Assembly (NCBI RefSeq): GCF_021023085.1
Contig: NZ_PGCK01000001.1
Span: forward strand, 361,851-385,850
Length of the DNA stretch: 24,000 nt
Direction: 5' to 3'
DNA from: Methanooceanicella nereidis
Lineage (GTDB): Archaea; Halobacteriota; Methanocellia; Methanocellales; Methanocellaceae
Part shown: one piece after another, positions 1 through 7,878 of the stretch
How the letters are laid out: the number at the start of each line of letters is the position of its first letter
Position numbering within the stretch: the first letter of the stretch is position 1
Notes under the pieces: generated by a model
What the model was told of the DNA's origin: nothing
Database searches by the model: none
Seen by the model: the letters and a program-made list of their open reading frames with translations, nothing else
Made by a program: the position numbers and the translations under genes

Positions 1-93
1 TATCAGGTTTATACAATCCCTGACGCACCTTTTCGGGTCGAGCCTGTAGCCCCTTCCGGAGTACACCGATATGCCGTTATCGAGATAGATCAT
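1..93 (-). CDS. N-terminal fragment of an unidentified CDS that runs off the left edge (start codon at 93..91)
   Basis: An ATG lies at 93..91 with a GAGG about 9 nt upstream. The frame stays open to the window edge for 31 codons (MIYLDNGISVYSGRGYRLDPKRCVRDCINLI). This is too short to assign a family. Confidence 0.3.
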   Translation of the reverse strand, partial: MIYLDNGISVYSGRGYRLDPKRCVRDCINLI

Positions 94-254
94 TTTTCCT
101 CGGTAGTAGCGTGCCTTATGAAATTAAATATATTTCGGCATCGAAACTGCATTATAGGAAAATTAGAGGAGTTTACATTCATTGATGCCATATTCTTAAT
201 ATATAATCTATAATCTGCCTTTTTTATAAAGGATAACAGGTTTTAAAACCACAA

Positions 255-340
255 AAATCTTTTATTTAGCAAAAGATTTATATATTGTCTTTTTTAACTA
301 GTATATAGTCGAAATATAACGAATTTTCTTTAAAGGAGGT
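255..340 (+). promoter_or_regulatory. Histone gene promoter region: TATA-like box, adjoining 9-bp inverted repeat, and Shine-Dalgarno sequence
   Basis: The sequence aaaagatttatatatt (271-286) looks like an archaeal BRE/TATA. An inverted repeat aaatctttt (255-263) / aaaagattt (271-279) abuts it. AAAGGAGGTG at 333-342 lies just upstream of the ATG at 346. Confidence 0.35.
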
Positions 341-345
341 GTACG

Positions 346-555
346 ATGAAAGAACTTCCAGTTGCATCCGTCGACAGGATAATTAGGAACGCAGGCGCTG
401 ACAGGGTCAGTGAAGACGCAAAAGAAGCTCTTGCGACCATTTTAGAAGACTACGGCACAAAAGTATCCGTCGAGGCAATAAAGCTTTGCAGGCATGCAGG
501 CCGCAAGACCGTAAAAGAAGAAGACATTAAGCTAGCTTCTCAGAGACTTCATTAA
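346..555 (+). CDS. Archaeal histone (HMf/HMt family, single histone fold)
   Basis: The 69-aa protein aligns by eye along its whole length to HMfB (ELPxAxxxRIIxxAGAxRVSxDA...EAIKLxRHAGRKTxKxEDIxLA). It has a strong RBS. Confidence 0.93.
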   Translation: MKELPVASVDRIIRNAGADRVSEDAKEALATILEDYGTKVSVEAIKLCRHAGRKTVKEEDIKLASQRLH

Positions 556-562
556 TATTACC

Positions 563-606
563 GGACAATGCCGCCTATGGCGGTTCACTGTCCATCTTTT
601 GTTTTT
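563..606 (+). terminator. Hairpin plus T-run downstream of the histone gene
   Basis: The stems are ggaca(563-567)/tgtcc(589-593) and ccgcc(571-575)/ggcgg(579-583). They are followed by cttttgttttt, and oligo-T tracts act as archaeal terminators. Confidence 0.4.
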
Positions 607-755
607 AATATCTTATTTAAGCTTACCTTTTTGATTTTAAATGAATTTCTGACTTTTTACATGGATGATAGCGCCGTAATGGTTCGTTCCCGGGGTCGGC
701 AAGTTTTAATGTACAGCCATTCATGAAGCGAATGATGCGTAAATGTTCATATTTG

Positions 756-870
756 TTAACCACGAAGCGCACGAAGGCGAGCAAAGAACACAAAGGACTC
801 TTTTAGAAAATTAGTATATATATTAAAAAAATTAGTGTACCTTATTCGCCTTCGTGCGCTTCGTGGTTAA
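756..870. repeat. Perfect 25-bp inverted repeat flanking an AT-rich 65-bp core; single-unit member of the CACRAAG repeat family seen at 9720-10546
   Basis: ttaaccacgaagcgcacgaaggcga (756-780) is the exact reverse complement of tcgccttcgtgcgcttcgtggttaa (846-870). The core contains aaaattagt twice. The element lies between two convergent 3' ends (histone and panE). Confidence 0.85.
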
Positions 871-1010
871 AAATAGTCCGCATATTCTTCATTTCATAGA
901 TCAGTAAAGGTATAAAGCTCAGTAATCGTATAGCTAAGCGATTATAATCTTCTCTAAAAACCACGAGATTATTGAACGAGAAATAAGATAGAGCTAAAAA
1001 GATAAATGGA

Positions 1011-1904
1011 TCAATTCCCGTGCCTTTTCTCTATACCTTTGACCAGGGCGGTTATCGTATCGTTCACAGGCGTCGGGATCCCGAGCTTATGCCCGATCTC
1101 GCTGACCTTGCCGTTCAGCACATCGATCTCGGTGGGTTTTTCCTTTGAGATGTCCTGGAGCATTGAGGACCGGTTATTGTAGGTATCCTTTATGACCTTA
1201 AAGGTCTTATCGACAGGATCAACATCCGTTTTTATGCCTGATGCCGCGGACACACGCCCAGCCTCTTCTACGGCAGACACTACAAGTGATCTTAGTGAAG
1301 GGACCTCAAGAAGCATACCGTTCTTCAGGCCCGTAATGGCAGTGATCGCGTTGATGCCCACGTTCGCATATAACTTTTCCCACTGGGCCGACCGTATATC
1401 TTCCGCGACCCTGGCTTTTAGTCCCGAAGACTCAAGTATTTTTACGACTTCGCCTAGCCTTGCGCTCACATCATTTTCGATAGAGCCAAAAACAGTCTCG
1501 GTATACCCTGCCACAGATACGGTGCCGGGCCGGACGAACGTCACGCCGCTATATGATACGCCTATCCCTACATGCCCTTTTCCGAGCTTCGATGCAGCGA
1601 TCTCATCGCACCCGAGGCCATTATGGATAATGATGACCACGGTATCGGGCTTAAGGGGAAGATCACTTATTGCCGACTCTACATCATAGGATTTAACGGC
1701 CGTGAACACTATATCGGATAAGGGAGGGCTTGATGACACATCCGGGTTAGCCTGTTTCTCGATCTGGCCTTTGATATTGATACCTTTTTTTAGGGTCTCA
1801 ACATCTTTCTCTCGACATACTATTGTCACGTCGTATCCTGCGGCAGACATCATACCGCCATAGAACGTGCCAAGCGCCCCCGCGCCAATTACTGTGATCT
1901 TCAT
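1011..1904 (-). CDS. panE: 2-dehydropantoate 2-reductase (ketopantoate reductase, ApbA/PanE family)
   Basis: The N-terminus has a Rossmann motif (ITVIGAGALGTFYGG). The C-terminal domain carries the SSMLQD motif typical of KPR. The length is 297 aa. Confidence 0.75.
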   Translation of the reverse strand: MKITVIGAGALGTFYGGMMSAAGYDVTIVCREKDVETLKKGINIKGQIEKQANPDVSSSPPLSDIVFTAVKSYDVESAISDLPLKPDTVVIIIHNGLGCDEIAASKLGKGHVGIGVSYSGVTFVRPGTVSVAGYTETVFGSIENDVSARLGEVVKILESSGLKARVAEDIRSAQWEKLYANVGINAITAITGLKNGMLLEVPSLRSLVVSAVEEAGRVSAASGIKTDVDPVDKTFKVIKDTYNNRSSMLQDISKEKPTEIDVLNGKVSEIGHKLGIPTPVNDTITALVKGIEKRHGN

Positions 1905-1996
1905 GCTGAAAATGTTTGATCGATTAATATTATATTATTTTCCCCATAACCAAAATTAAAAAAAATAAAAAAAAGTCGTCCCCCCGGTCGCAGATA

Positions 1997-2365
1997 TTAA
2001 TTAGGAGTAATTGATTCGATCTTAAAGACATCCTTGAAACGTTCTTCGTTAAGCTTTAAACGAATCTTAGGCCGGCCATATGGCGTCTTCACGCTCTCTT
2101 CGTATAGCAGTCCTATCTTTTCCAGGAAATCCTTCCGTCTTGAAAAGGTAGCTTTTGAGGCCACCTTCGAATGCTCCCCCCACGCTACAACATCGTAGAA
2201 TAATTCGTTATTGCGAGCCGCTGCCAGCAAAATGATAGCGACAACGTCGATGGTATTCGATTTTAATATCGTATACCGTGGGTCCGACAGTAGTTTACTG
2301 AAATTTATGAAATCCTGAATTGTGTTGTGCCCCAGATACTGTGGCATAGATTCCGTCGGTTCCAT
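1997..2365 (-). CDS. Small hypothetical protein, possibly a winged-helix DNA-binding protein
   Basis: This is a clean 122-aa ORF with AT-rich flanks. The C-terminal half (TFSRRKDFLEKIGLLYEESVKTPYGRPKIRLKLNE) resembles a recognition helix plus wing. I recognise no family. Confidence 0.4.
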   Translation of the reverse strand: MEPTESMPQYLGHNTIQDFINFSKLLSDPRYTILKSNTIDVVAIILLAAARNNELFYDVVAWGEHSKVASKATFSRRKDFLEKIGLLYEESVKTPYGRPKIRLKLNEERFKDVFKIESITPN

Positions 2366-2569
2366 GCTATAGGAATATATAGCTGATAATATAACTATGT
2401 TTTGCTTAATAATAAAAAAATAAACATAGATATATAAAGCTACCTTTAAAAAAATCAGCTATAAGTTTATTATCGGTTACCCCGGAAAATTTTGCTTTGT
2501 TTTGATTGGCTAAGCTATATGAGCGGTATTGCCCCCCCATATTAAATTGTAATATCTTGGATAAAAAGG

Positions 2570-3733
2570 TTATGTTAATTGCATCTCCAGCCTGCTGTAG
2601 AGCTGGTTCAATACGCTTTCGCGAGCGTCCACCAGGACGCGGATGCACGGCTCATTGCCGCATCTGCCGTACTCGACGTTCTTGACGATGGCGACATTAT
2701 AAAGCCATGATAATATGGAAAGCCCTTCTTCTGACCGGGGTAAAATGACCTCCTCGGATATCCATTTTGGAAGATATTTTGATATTGCGGATTTCAGGTC
2801 GTCAAGTCCTTCGCCTGTCCTTGCGGAAATATATACAGGGCTGGGAGCCAGGTGTTTTATGGCGTCGCAGCGCTCCTCAAGTTCCTCTTCGCCTATCCTG
2901 TCGCATTTATTTAAGGCAGTTATGACCGGTATCGGCCCTATTTCCTCCCACAGGGTATCGTGGCAGGTCACAAGTTTTTCGACGATGACTTTCGCCGGCT
3001 CGCTTGCATCGACGACCAGAATGACGATGTCCGCCTGATAGATCTCTTCAAGCGTGGAACGGAAAGCTTCGACCATGAAGTGCGGCAGGTCTTTTATGAA
3101 CCCGACTGTATCGGTTAGCAAGACTTTACGGCGGTCCACCTCTAAAAGCCTGGTCGTAGGAACTAACGTAGTAAATAATTGATCCTTCGCGACCACAGAC
3201 TCGCCGACCAGTGCGTTCATGAGAGTGCTCTTTCCGGCATTCGTATATCCCGCAAGCGCCACCATGTCGAACCCGCGCTCCTTTCTCTGCCTTCTTGTCT
3301 GCGCCTGGCGCTTTCTGACTATCTCAAGCTCCGCCTCGATCTTTGCTATGCGGCCCGTGATCTCGCTCTCGTAAATATCGGCCTCATATCTGCCGAGCCC
3401 TTTGAATCCGGGCTGCTCGCCCCTTCTGGCCAGAGTGACTTTCATTCGGGCTTTCGGGCGCTCATAGATGAGCTTTGCAAGCTCTACCTGAAGCCGGGCT
3501 TCTCTCGTCCTGGCGCGGCTCGCGAATATTTCCAGGATGAGATGGAACCTGTCGATGACCTCGACCTTGTAAAGGCTTGAAAGATTGTATATCTGGACAG
3601 CGCTGAGCTTTTCGTCGAATACGACCTTATCCGGCTTTCTTTCGCGGACAATTTCGGCTATCTCGTGTGCTTTGCCCTTTCCGACACAGTAAGCTTTATC
3701 CGGAGTCCTGTACTGCGTCACTTTTTCAAGCAC
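2570..3733 (-). CDS. hflX: GTPase HflX
   Basis: It has the HflX N-terminal domain (GKGKAHEIAEIV, LILEIFASRARTREARLQVELA). The G motifs are GYTNAGKST, DTVGF and NKCD. The track start at 3733 is a GTG, but HflX-like sequence continues in frame upstream to 3850 (see findings). Confidence 0.9.
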   Translation of the reverse strand: MLEKVTQYRTPDKAYCVGKGKAHEIAEIVRERKPDKVVFDEKLSAVQIYNLSSLYKVEVIDRFHLILEIFASRARTREARLQVELAKLIYERPKARMKVTLARRGEQPGFKGLGRYEADIYESEITGRIAKIEAELEIVRKRQAQTRRQRKERGFDMVALAGYTNAGKSTLMNALVGESVVAKDQLFTTLVPTTRLLEVDRRKVLLTDTVGFIKDLPHFMVEAFRSTLEEIYQADIVILVVDASEPAKVIVEKLVTCHDTLWEEIGPIPVITALNKCDRIGEEELEERCDAIKHLAPSPVYISARTGEGLDDLKSAISKYLPKWISEEVILPRSEEGLSILSWLYNVAIVKNVEYGRCGNEPCIRVLVDARESVLNQLYSRLEMQLT

Positions 3734-3831
3734 GTCGTAGCCCGCGGAGTGCGCCAGCTCTTCCAGCTCATCCAGCGTCGCTCCCTTATCTCCCGGGTCT
3801 ATCCTTTTTACTAGTATGGCGCCTGGTATCT

Positions 3832-4203
3832 CTACAACTCCTGGATCATTCTATGTGCGGCCAGAGAGGCGTGATGCGCTATCTCAATGGCTTTTCGCTC
3901 ACCTATACTTTCAGCATATTTAAACTTTCTACCTAAAATAGCTTCAACTCTCCATTCTGGCAAATTATAGAACTCGCCGGGCTCTGTCACTATCACTCCC
4001 CCGAACTTAGCTGAAGAGCGCAAAACGAGTTCAGATATGACATCTATAGATACCTCGTCGGAAATGCTCTTTATCATCTTCATGTCGTCTATTTTTTGGA
4101 CGTTAAAAGGCGACAGGACCGCCGACACTGCCACGCATACAAGGCAGTAACGGCCGTCGGGAAGCTTATGCCGTCCGGAAATATCAACTGCGACAGCTCT
4201 CAA
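3832..4203 (-). CDS. Uncharacterised conserved-looking protein (123 aa)
   Basis: The ORF is packed tightly between thiI (stop at 4217) and hflX on the same strand. It has a TTG start at 4203 and a TAG stop at 3834..3832. I recognise no motif. Confidence 0.5.
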   Translation of the reverse strand: MRAVAVDISGRHKLPDGRYCLVCVAVSAVLSPFNVQKIDDMKMIKSISDEVSIDVISELVLRSSAKFGGVIVTEPGEFYNLPEWRVEAILGRKFKYAESIGERKAIEIAHHASLAAHRMIQEL

Positions 4204-4216
4204 ATGACTACATCCG

Positions 4217-5395
4217 TTACATTATAGTGATGCGAGCCCTGCTCAATGCGTCCCCGATCATCTTATCAAAATCGACCTGCTCGCTTTCCATCTTCATTAT
4301 TTCCTCGATCCGGCCATGTATCGCGGGATGTTTCGGGACGGCCTGGCAGCCCATTGCCGGCCTGACAGAGATGTCAAGGGTGCCGATCCTTTGAGCCATG
4401 TCGACTATCTCGTTCTTATCAAGCCCTATCAGGGGATGATATATCGGAAAGTCGATACCATGGTGTTCTATCAGAAGGTTCTCCGACGTCTGGGAGGCCA
4501 CCTGGCCAAGCGACGATCCGGTTATGATGCCGTGTGCGCCTTCTTTTTTTGCTATCTCGATCGCGACTTTATACATCATCCTTTTACAGAACACGCACGT
4601 ATACCTTATATTGCCTCTTTCCCGGAACGTCCTGAGGCATTCCCCGTGAGGCACCTCATAGACCTTGAAGTCGTGACCGGGAGACCATTCTTTTAGCTTC
4701 CTTATCGTATCGATAGCTTTTTGAGTATATGCCTCATCGACATACTGCTCATTGTTGAAGTACACGGGTATTATTTCGCAGCCCCGCCTCATCATCATCC
4801 ATGCGGCCACAGGCGAGTCAATGCCGCCCGATACGAGAGCGACCATCTTGCCCTGGCTGCCCAGCGGCATGCCTCCGGTGCCCCTTATGACCCCGGTGAA
4901 AATATATGACCGCTCCTCGCGTATCTCGACGAATATTTCATGGTCGGGGTTTTTAAGGTCTACTCTCGGGTGCCTGTCCTTTATGGCCTCCCATACGGCA
5001 TCTCCGCATTTTCTCCCTGCGTCCTGTGAGGTAAAATCATGCGCTCCCGCCCTTCTTGCATTGATCGCGAAAGACTCCCCATCCTTTATGACCTCTTTTC
5101 CGATGGCTGCCGCGACTTTGCAGGATTCTTCCAGCGTAGGGCCGGTGGTTATGACCGGGCTTGTCGAGACGACCCCGAATACATTGCTTATGACCGCAGG
5201 AGCCCTTTTGTCTTCGCTTATAACGTATATGCGGCCCCGCTCCCTGACTATTTCCTGATATTCGATCTTATGAAGATCGAGCATCGCCTCAATGTTCTTG
5301 ATGAGTATCTTTTCATACTTGTTCCGGACCTGCTCGCTCTTGATCGCAAGCTCGCCATACCGCACCATTACGGTATCATACTTCAGATCTTCCAT
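4217..5395 (-). CDS. thiI: tRNA sulfurtransferase ThiI (THUMP + PP-loop ATPase, no rhodanese domain)
   Basis: The N-terminus is ferredoxin-like/THUMP (VMVRYGELAIKS). The PP-loop is SGGIDSPVAAW. Conserved Cys residues (CVFC plus a downstream GC) fit the archaeal Fe-S-type ThiI. Confidence 0.9.
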   Translation of the reverse strand: MEDLKYDTVMVRYGELAIKSEQVRNKYEKILIKNIEAMLDLHKIEYQEIVRERGRIYVISEDKRAPAVISNVFGVVSTSPVITTGPTLEESCKVAAAIGKEVIKDGESFAINARRAGAHDFTSQDAGRKCGDAVWEAIKDRHPRVDLKNPDHEIFVEIREERSYIFTGVIRGTGGMPLGSQGKMVALVSGGIDSPVAAWMMMRRGCEIIPVYFNNEQYVDEAYTQKAIDTIRKLKEWSPGHDFKVYEVPHGECLRTFRERGNIRYTCVFCKRMMYKVAIEIAKKEGAHGIITGSSLGQVASQTSENLLIEHHGIDFPIYHPLIGLDKNEIVDMAQRIGTLDISVRPAMGCQAVPKHPAIHGRIEEIMKMESEQVDFDKMIGDALSRARITIM

Positions 5396-5525
5396 ATTAC
5401 CAAGATAAGTTACACCCTCATTGCAATAAAGCGTTACGTTTGCGCGATAATTCCATAATGACCGCTTTTTTACCGAATATTTAGAGATCTACCGCTTAGT
5501 ATTAAGCAAGCATTTAAAATTAAAG

Positions 5526-6752
5526 TTGTATTATAGAATTGATAGTATATATTGGGGGCGAAACTTGTTTTTTAAGTTAAAAAAGTTGAAAACGATCGCA
5601 ATGATCATAGTCATTTCGATCGTATTACTATCCTTGATCAGTATCATACTATTAGGTGCGGCTGATGATGAGGCAACTGGAAGGGTCAGAATAACTGTGG
5701 AAGACCAGAATGGAAATCCCCTTTCAGGCGCTAACATATATATTTATAATGGCTCTCCCTCCCCCGTGCGTACGGATACTACTGGTGCTAACGGAGTATC
5801 GACAATAAAAGACTTGCCTGTAGGAAGTTATAGTGTAACGGCTGAATATAAAGGCAGCCAAAACTCAGATTCATTCAGCATTACCGCAGCGAGTCTAAGC
5901 GTTATCACAATAGTTATCCCGGTGTATCCGACACCTACACCGACCCCCGCGCCGACCCTTATCCCGTCCCCGTCACCGTCCCCGTCGCCAACTCCGGCGC
6001 CAACTTCTACACCCACCGCAACACCAACTCCATCCCCCACGATATCCCCATCAAAACCGCCTTCCTATATTCCTCCCCCGGTAACTCAGTATACCGCCGG
6101 TACAGGCAAGTACCCCAGGGCAGTCCTGAATAGCAGCTGGCTGAGGGTGGGTAAGAACGAGATCGCCGTACTGGACGGCAGCGCATCTTACGATCCTGAC
6201 GGGGCCATTTTCAAATACCTCTGGGATCTCGGGGACGGCGAGACTGCCGAAGGGCAGATCGTGGAGCATACTTATTCACATGCCGGAGAGTACTTTGCGA
6301 AATTAACGGTCGTAGACAATAGTAACCTGAGATCAAGCGCGACAAGAAAAGTGATAGTCTCCACTGAAAAGCCTGTGTCTGTGCCGGGAGATCGTCAAAT
6401 AGTGACCATCGGAGAAAAAGCGGTGTTTGACGGCTCGGAATCATTCGATAGTGACGGCAGTATCGTAAAGTATGAATGGTCATTTGGCGACGGAACCTAT
6501 GCGGAAGGTACTGTCGCTGAGCATATGTTTGACTGGATCGATACGTATAAGGTATCTTTGAAGGTCACGGATGATGACGGTGTGAGCGACACCAGATGGA
6601 CCGTCGTCGAGGTCGTGGCTGAGGAAAAGGATGATGAGGATGCCGCCGGGGATGATAAAAACGTTAACAGCAAGTTCATAATATTCTCGGGAGCCGGCGT
6701 GGTCCTTGGCATCGCCGGTCTCTTCCTCCTGGTCCGTAGAAAGGATAAGTAG
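5526..6752 (+). CDS. Secreted or membrane-anchored surface protein: signal/TM, CarboxypepD_reg-like domain, Pro/Thr/Ser linker, two PKD domains, C-terminal TM anchor
   Basis: The N-terminal hydrophobic helix is IAMIIVISIVLLSLISIILL. GRVRITVEDQNGNPLSGANIYI...GSYSVTAEYKG resembles a carboxypeptidase regulatory fold. The PT-rich linker spans about 5930-6060. Two PKD-like repeats are present (DGSASYDPDG...YLWDLGDG and DGSESFDSDG...YEWSFGDG). The C-terminus is hydrophobic then basic. The true start is more likely the ATG at 5601 than the TTG at 5526. Confidence 0.8.
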   Translation: MYYRIDSIYWGRNLFFKLKKLKTIAMIIVISIVLLSLISIILLGAADDEATGRVRITVEDQNGNPLSGANIYIYNGSPSPVRTDTTGANGVSTIKDLPVGSYSVTAEYKGSQNSDSFSITAASLSVITIVIPVYPTPTPTPAPTLIPSPSPSPSPTPAPTSTPTATPTPSPTISPSKPPSYIPPPVTQYTAGTGKYPRAVLNSSWLRVGKNEIAVLDGSASYDPDGAIFKYLWDLGDGETAEGQIVEHTYSHAGEYFAKLTVVDNSNLRSSATRKVIVSTEKPVSVPGDRQIVTIGEKAVFDGSESFDSDGSIVKYEWSFGDGTYAEGTVAEHMFDWIDTYKVSLKVTDDDGVSDTRWTVVEVVAEEKDDEDAAGDDKNVNSKFIIFSGAGVVLGIAGLFLLVRRKDK

Positions 6753-6768
6753 ATCTGACGGTGAAAGA

Positions 6769-7878
6769 ATGAGGTCAGTTTGCATTATATTTGAGATGCG
6801 GCAGCCGCTGCCATTAAGATGGTACTGGCCGAAGGAAGGGTACAGGGAAGCAGACCCATACCCCCTTTATTTTGATGTGGAGAGACAGCGAGGGTCTTTC
6901 GAAAAGCGGGTGAACCGCTCATATCTTCCTTCAAATGAATTACTGTTAGACCTTATTGAGAAACAGGACGCTAAGTTCTCATTATCGATGACAGGTAACT
7001 TTCTCGAGCTATGTGCCGAGAATAAAGAACTGACGGGATCTTTAAAAAGCCTGGTAGATACCGGCAACGTCGAGCTCATCGGCAAGCCCTACTATGAGAC
7101 GCTGGCTTGCTTCCCGGAGCCTATGTGGGAGTTCATGGTGAATGTAATACTCCATAAGGACGCCCTGCTCGACATGTTCGGATATGTGCCCGCGACTTTT
7201 GCGAATACAGGGCTGATATTCAACGAAAAAATATGTAAGGCCGTAAAAGGGCTGGGATTCTCAAGGGCTTTGATACATTGCAACGGCCTCGACAGCAGGT
7301 TCGGGTATCTTACAGGCGATGACCTGATAGCGATACCTGTGCATAAGAACCTTTCATCAGATATCGAATCGAGGTTCTCGGATAGAAAATGGGAGGACTA
7401 TCCCCTTAAAGCCGATAAATATGCCGGATGGATAGCTAAGATGGATGCGGAGATCACCACTATTTATGTGGACTATGGTTCTTTCGGCTACAGGCATGAC
7501 AGAGATACCGGCATATTCAAGTTCCTGGCGTCCCTGCCCGGAGAATTCGAGCGCCATGGCATCAGGATGATAACTCCTGCCGAATATGAGGCGGTAGAGG
7601 CGGAGTATTCCGAGTTCTATACGGCGGTGTCCAGGTACCCCATGGATGACATACTCGGCAACCATATGCAGAACCTCTATTATTGCGAAGTGACGTCCAT
7701 CGAGGATAAAGTTAAAAAATGCCCCGAGTGGTATGTCGATATATGGCGCAGATTGCAGACCATAGATGTTTTAATGGATATGAAAGAGACCATGCCATGG
7801 TATCCCTGGGATAAGACCGTAAGCAATCTATTATTATTCTCGGATTTTAAAAGAAGGGTCATAGAGGCGATGCCTTGA
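6769..7878 (+). CDS. GH57-family alpha-amylase-like protein, catalytically degenerate paralogue
   Basis: It is collinear with the downstream GH57 enzyme, but region I reads EMRQP (not HQP), region III reads FANTGLIF (Gly codon 7210-7212 in place of the nucleophile Glu), and region IV reads VDYGSFGYRH (versus MDYETFGEH). I place the start at the ATG at 6769, because the track's upstream extension overlaps the PKD gene. Confidence 0.75.
   Translation: MRSVCIIFEMRQPLPLRWYWPKEGYREADPYPLYFDVERQRGSFEKRVNRSYLPSNELLLDLIEKQDAKFSLSMTGNFLELCAENKELTGSLKSLVDTGNVELIGKPYYETLACFPEPMWEFMVNVILHKDALLDMFGYVPATFANTGLIFNEKICKAVKGLGFSRALIHCNGLDSRFGYLTGDDLIAIPVHKNLSSDIESRFSDRKWEDYPLKADKYAGWIAKMDAEITTIYVDYGSFGYRHDRDTGIFKFLASLPGEFERHGIRMITPAEYEAVEAEYSEFYTAVSRYPMDDILGNHMQNLYYCEVTSIEDKVKKCPEWYVDIWRRLQTIDVLMDMKETMPWYPWDKTVSNLLLFSDFKRRVIEAMP

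Noticed and set aside
675-705. A tRNA-like T-arm resemblance (ggttcgttcccgg).
   Set aside because: Only a 2-3 bp stem can form around the loop. No acceptor, D or anticodon arms can be built from the flanking sequence.
2406-2648. An 80-aa minus-strand ORF that overlaps the hflX 3' end and extends into the AT-rich spacer.
   Set aside because: Part of it overlaps the well-supported hflX frame and the rest lies in AT-rich intergenic sequence (FFKGSFIYLCLFFYY). It is a typical spurious ORF.
5930-6060. DNA-level tandem repeats in the Pro/Thr-rich regions (also 13850-13960).
   Set aside because: They are in frame inside well-supported secreted-protein ORFs and encode PT/PE linkers. They are coding low-complexity sequence and not independent repeat elements.
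6706-6768. An N-terminal extension of the first GH57-like ORF (track start at 6706).
   Set aside because: The extension overlaps the end of the PKD gene and has no similarity to the paralogue. The ATG at 6769 aligns with the paralogue's N-terminus (MRSVCIIFE versus MTSVCLYFQ).
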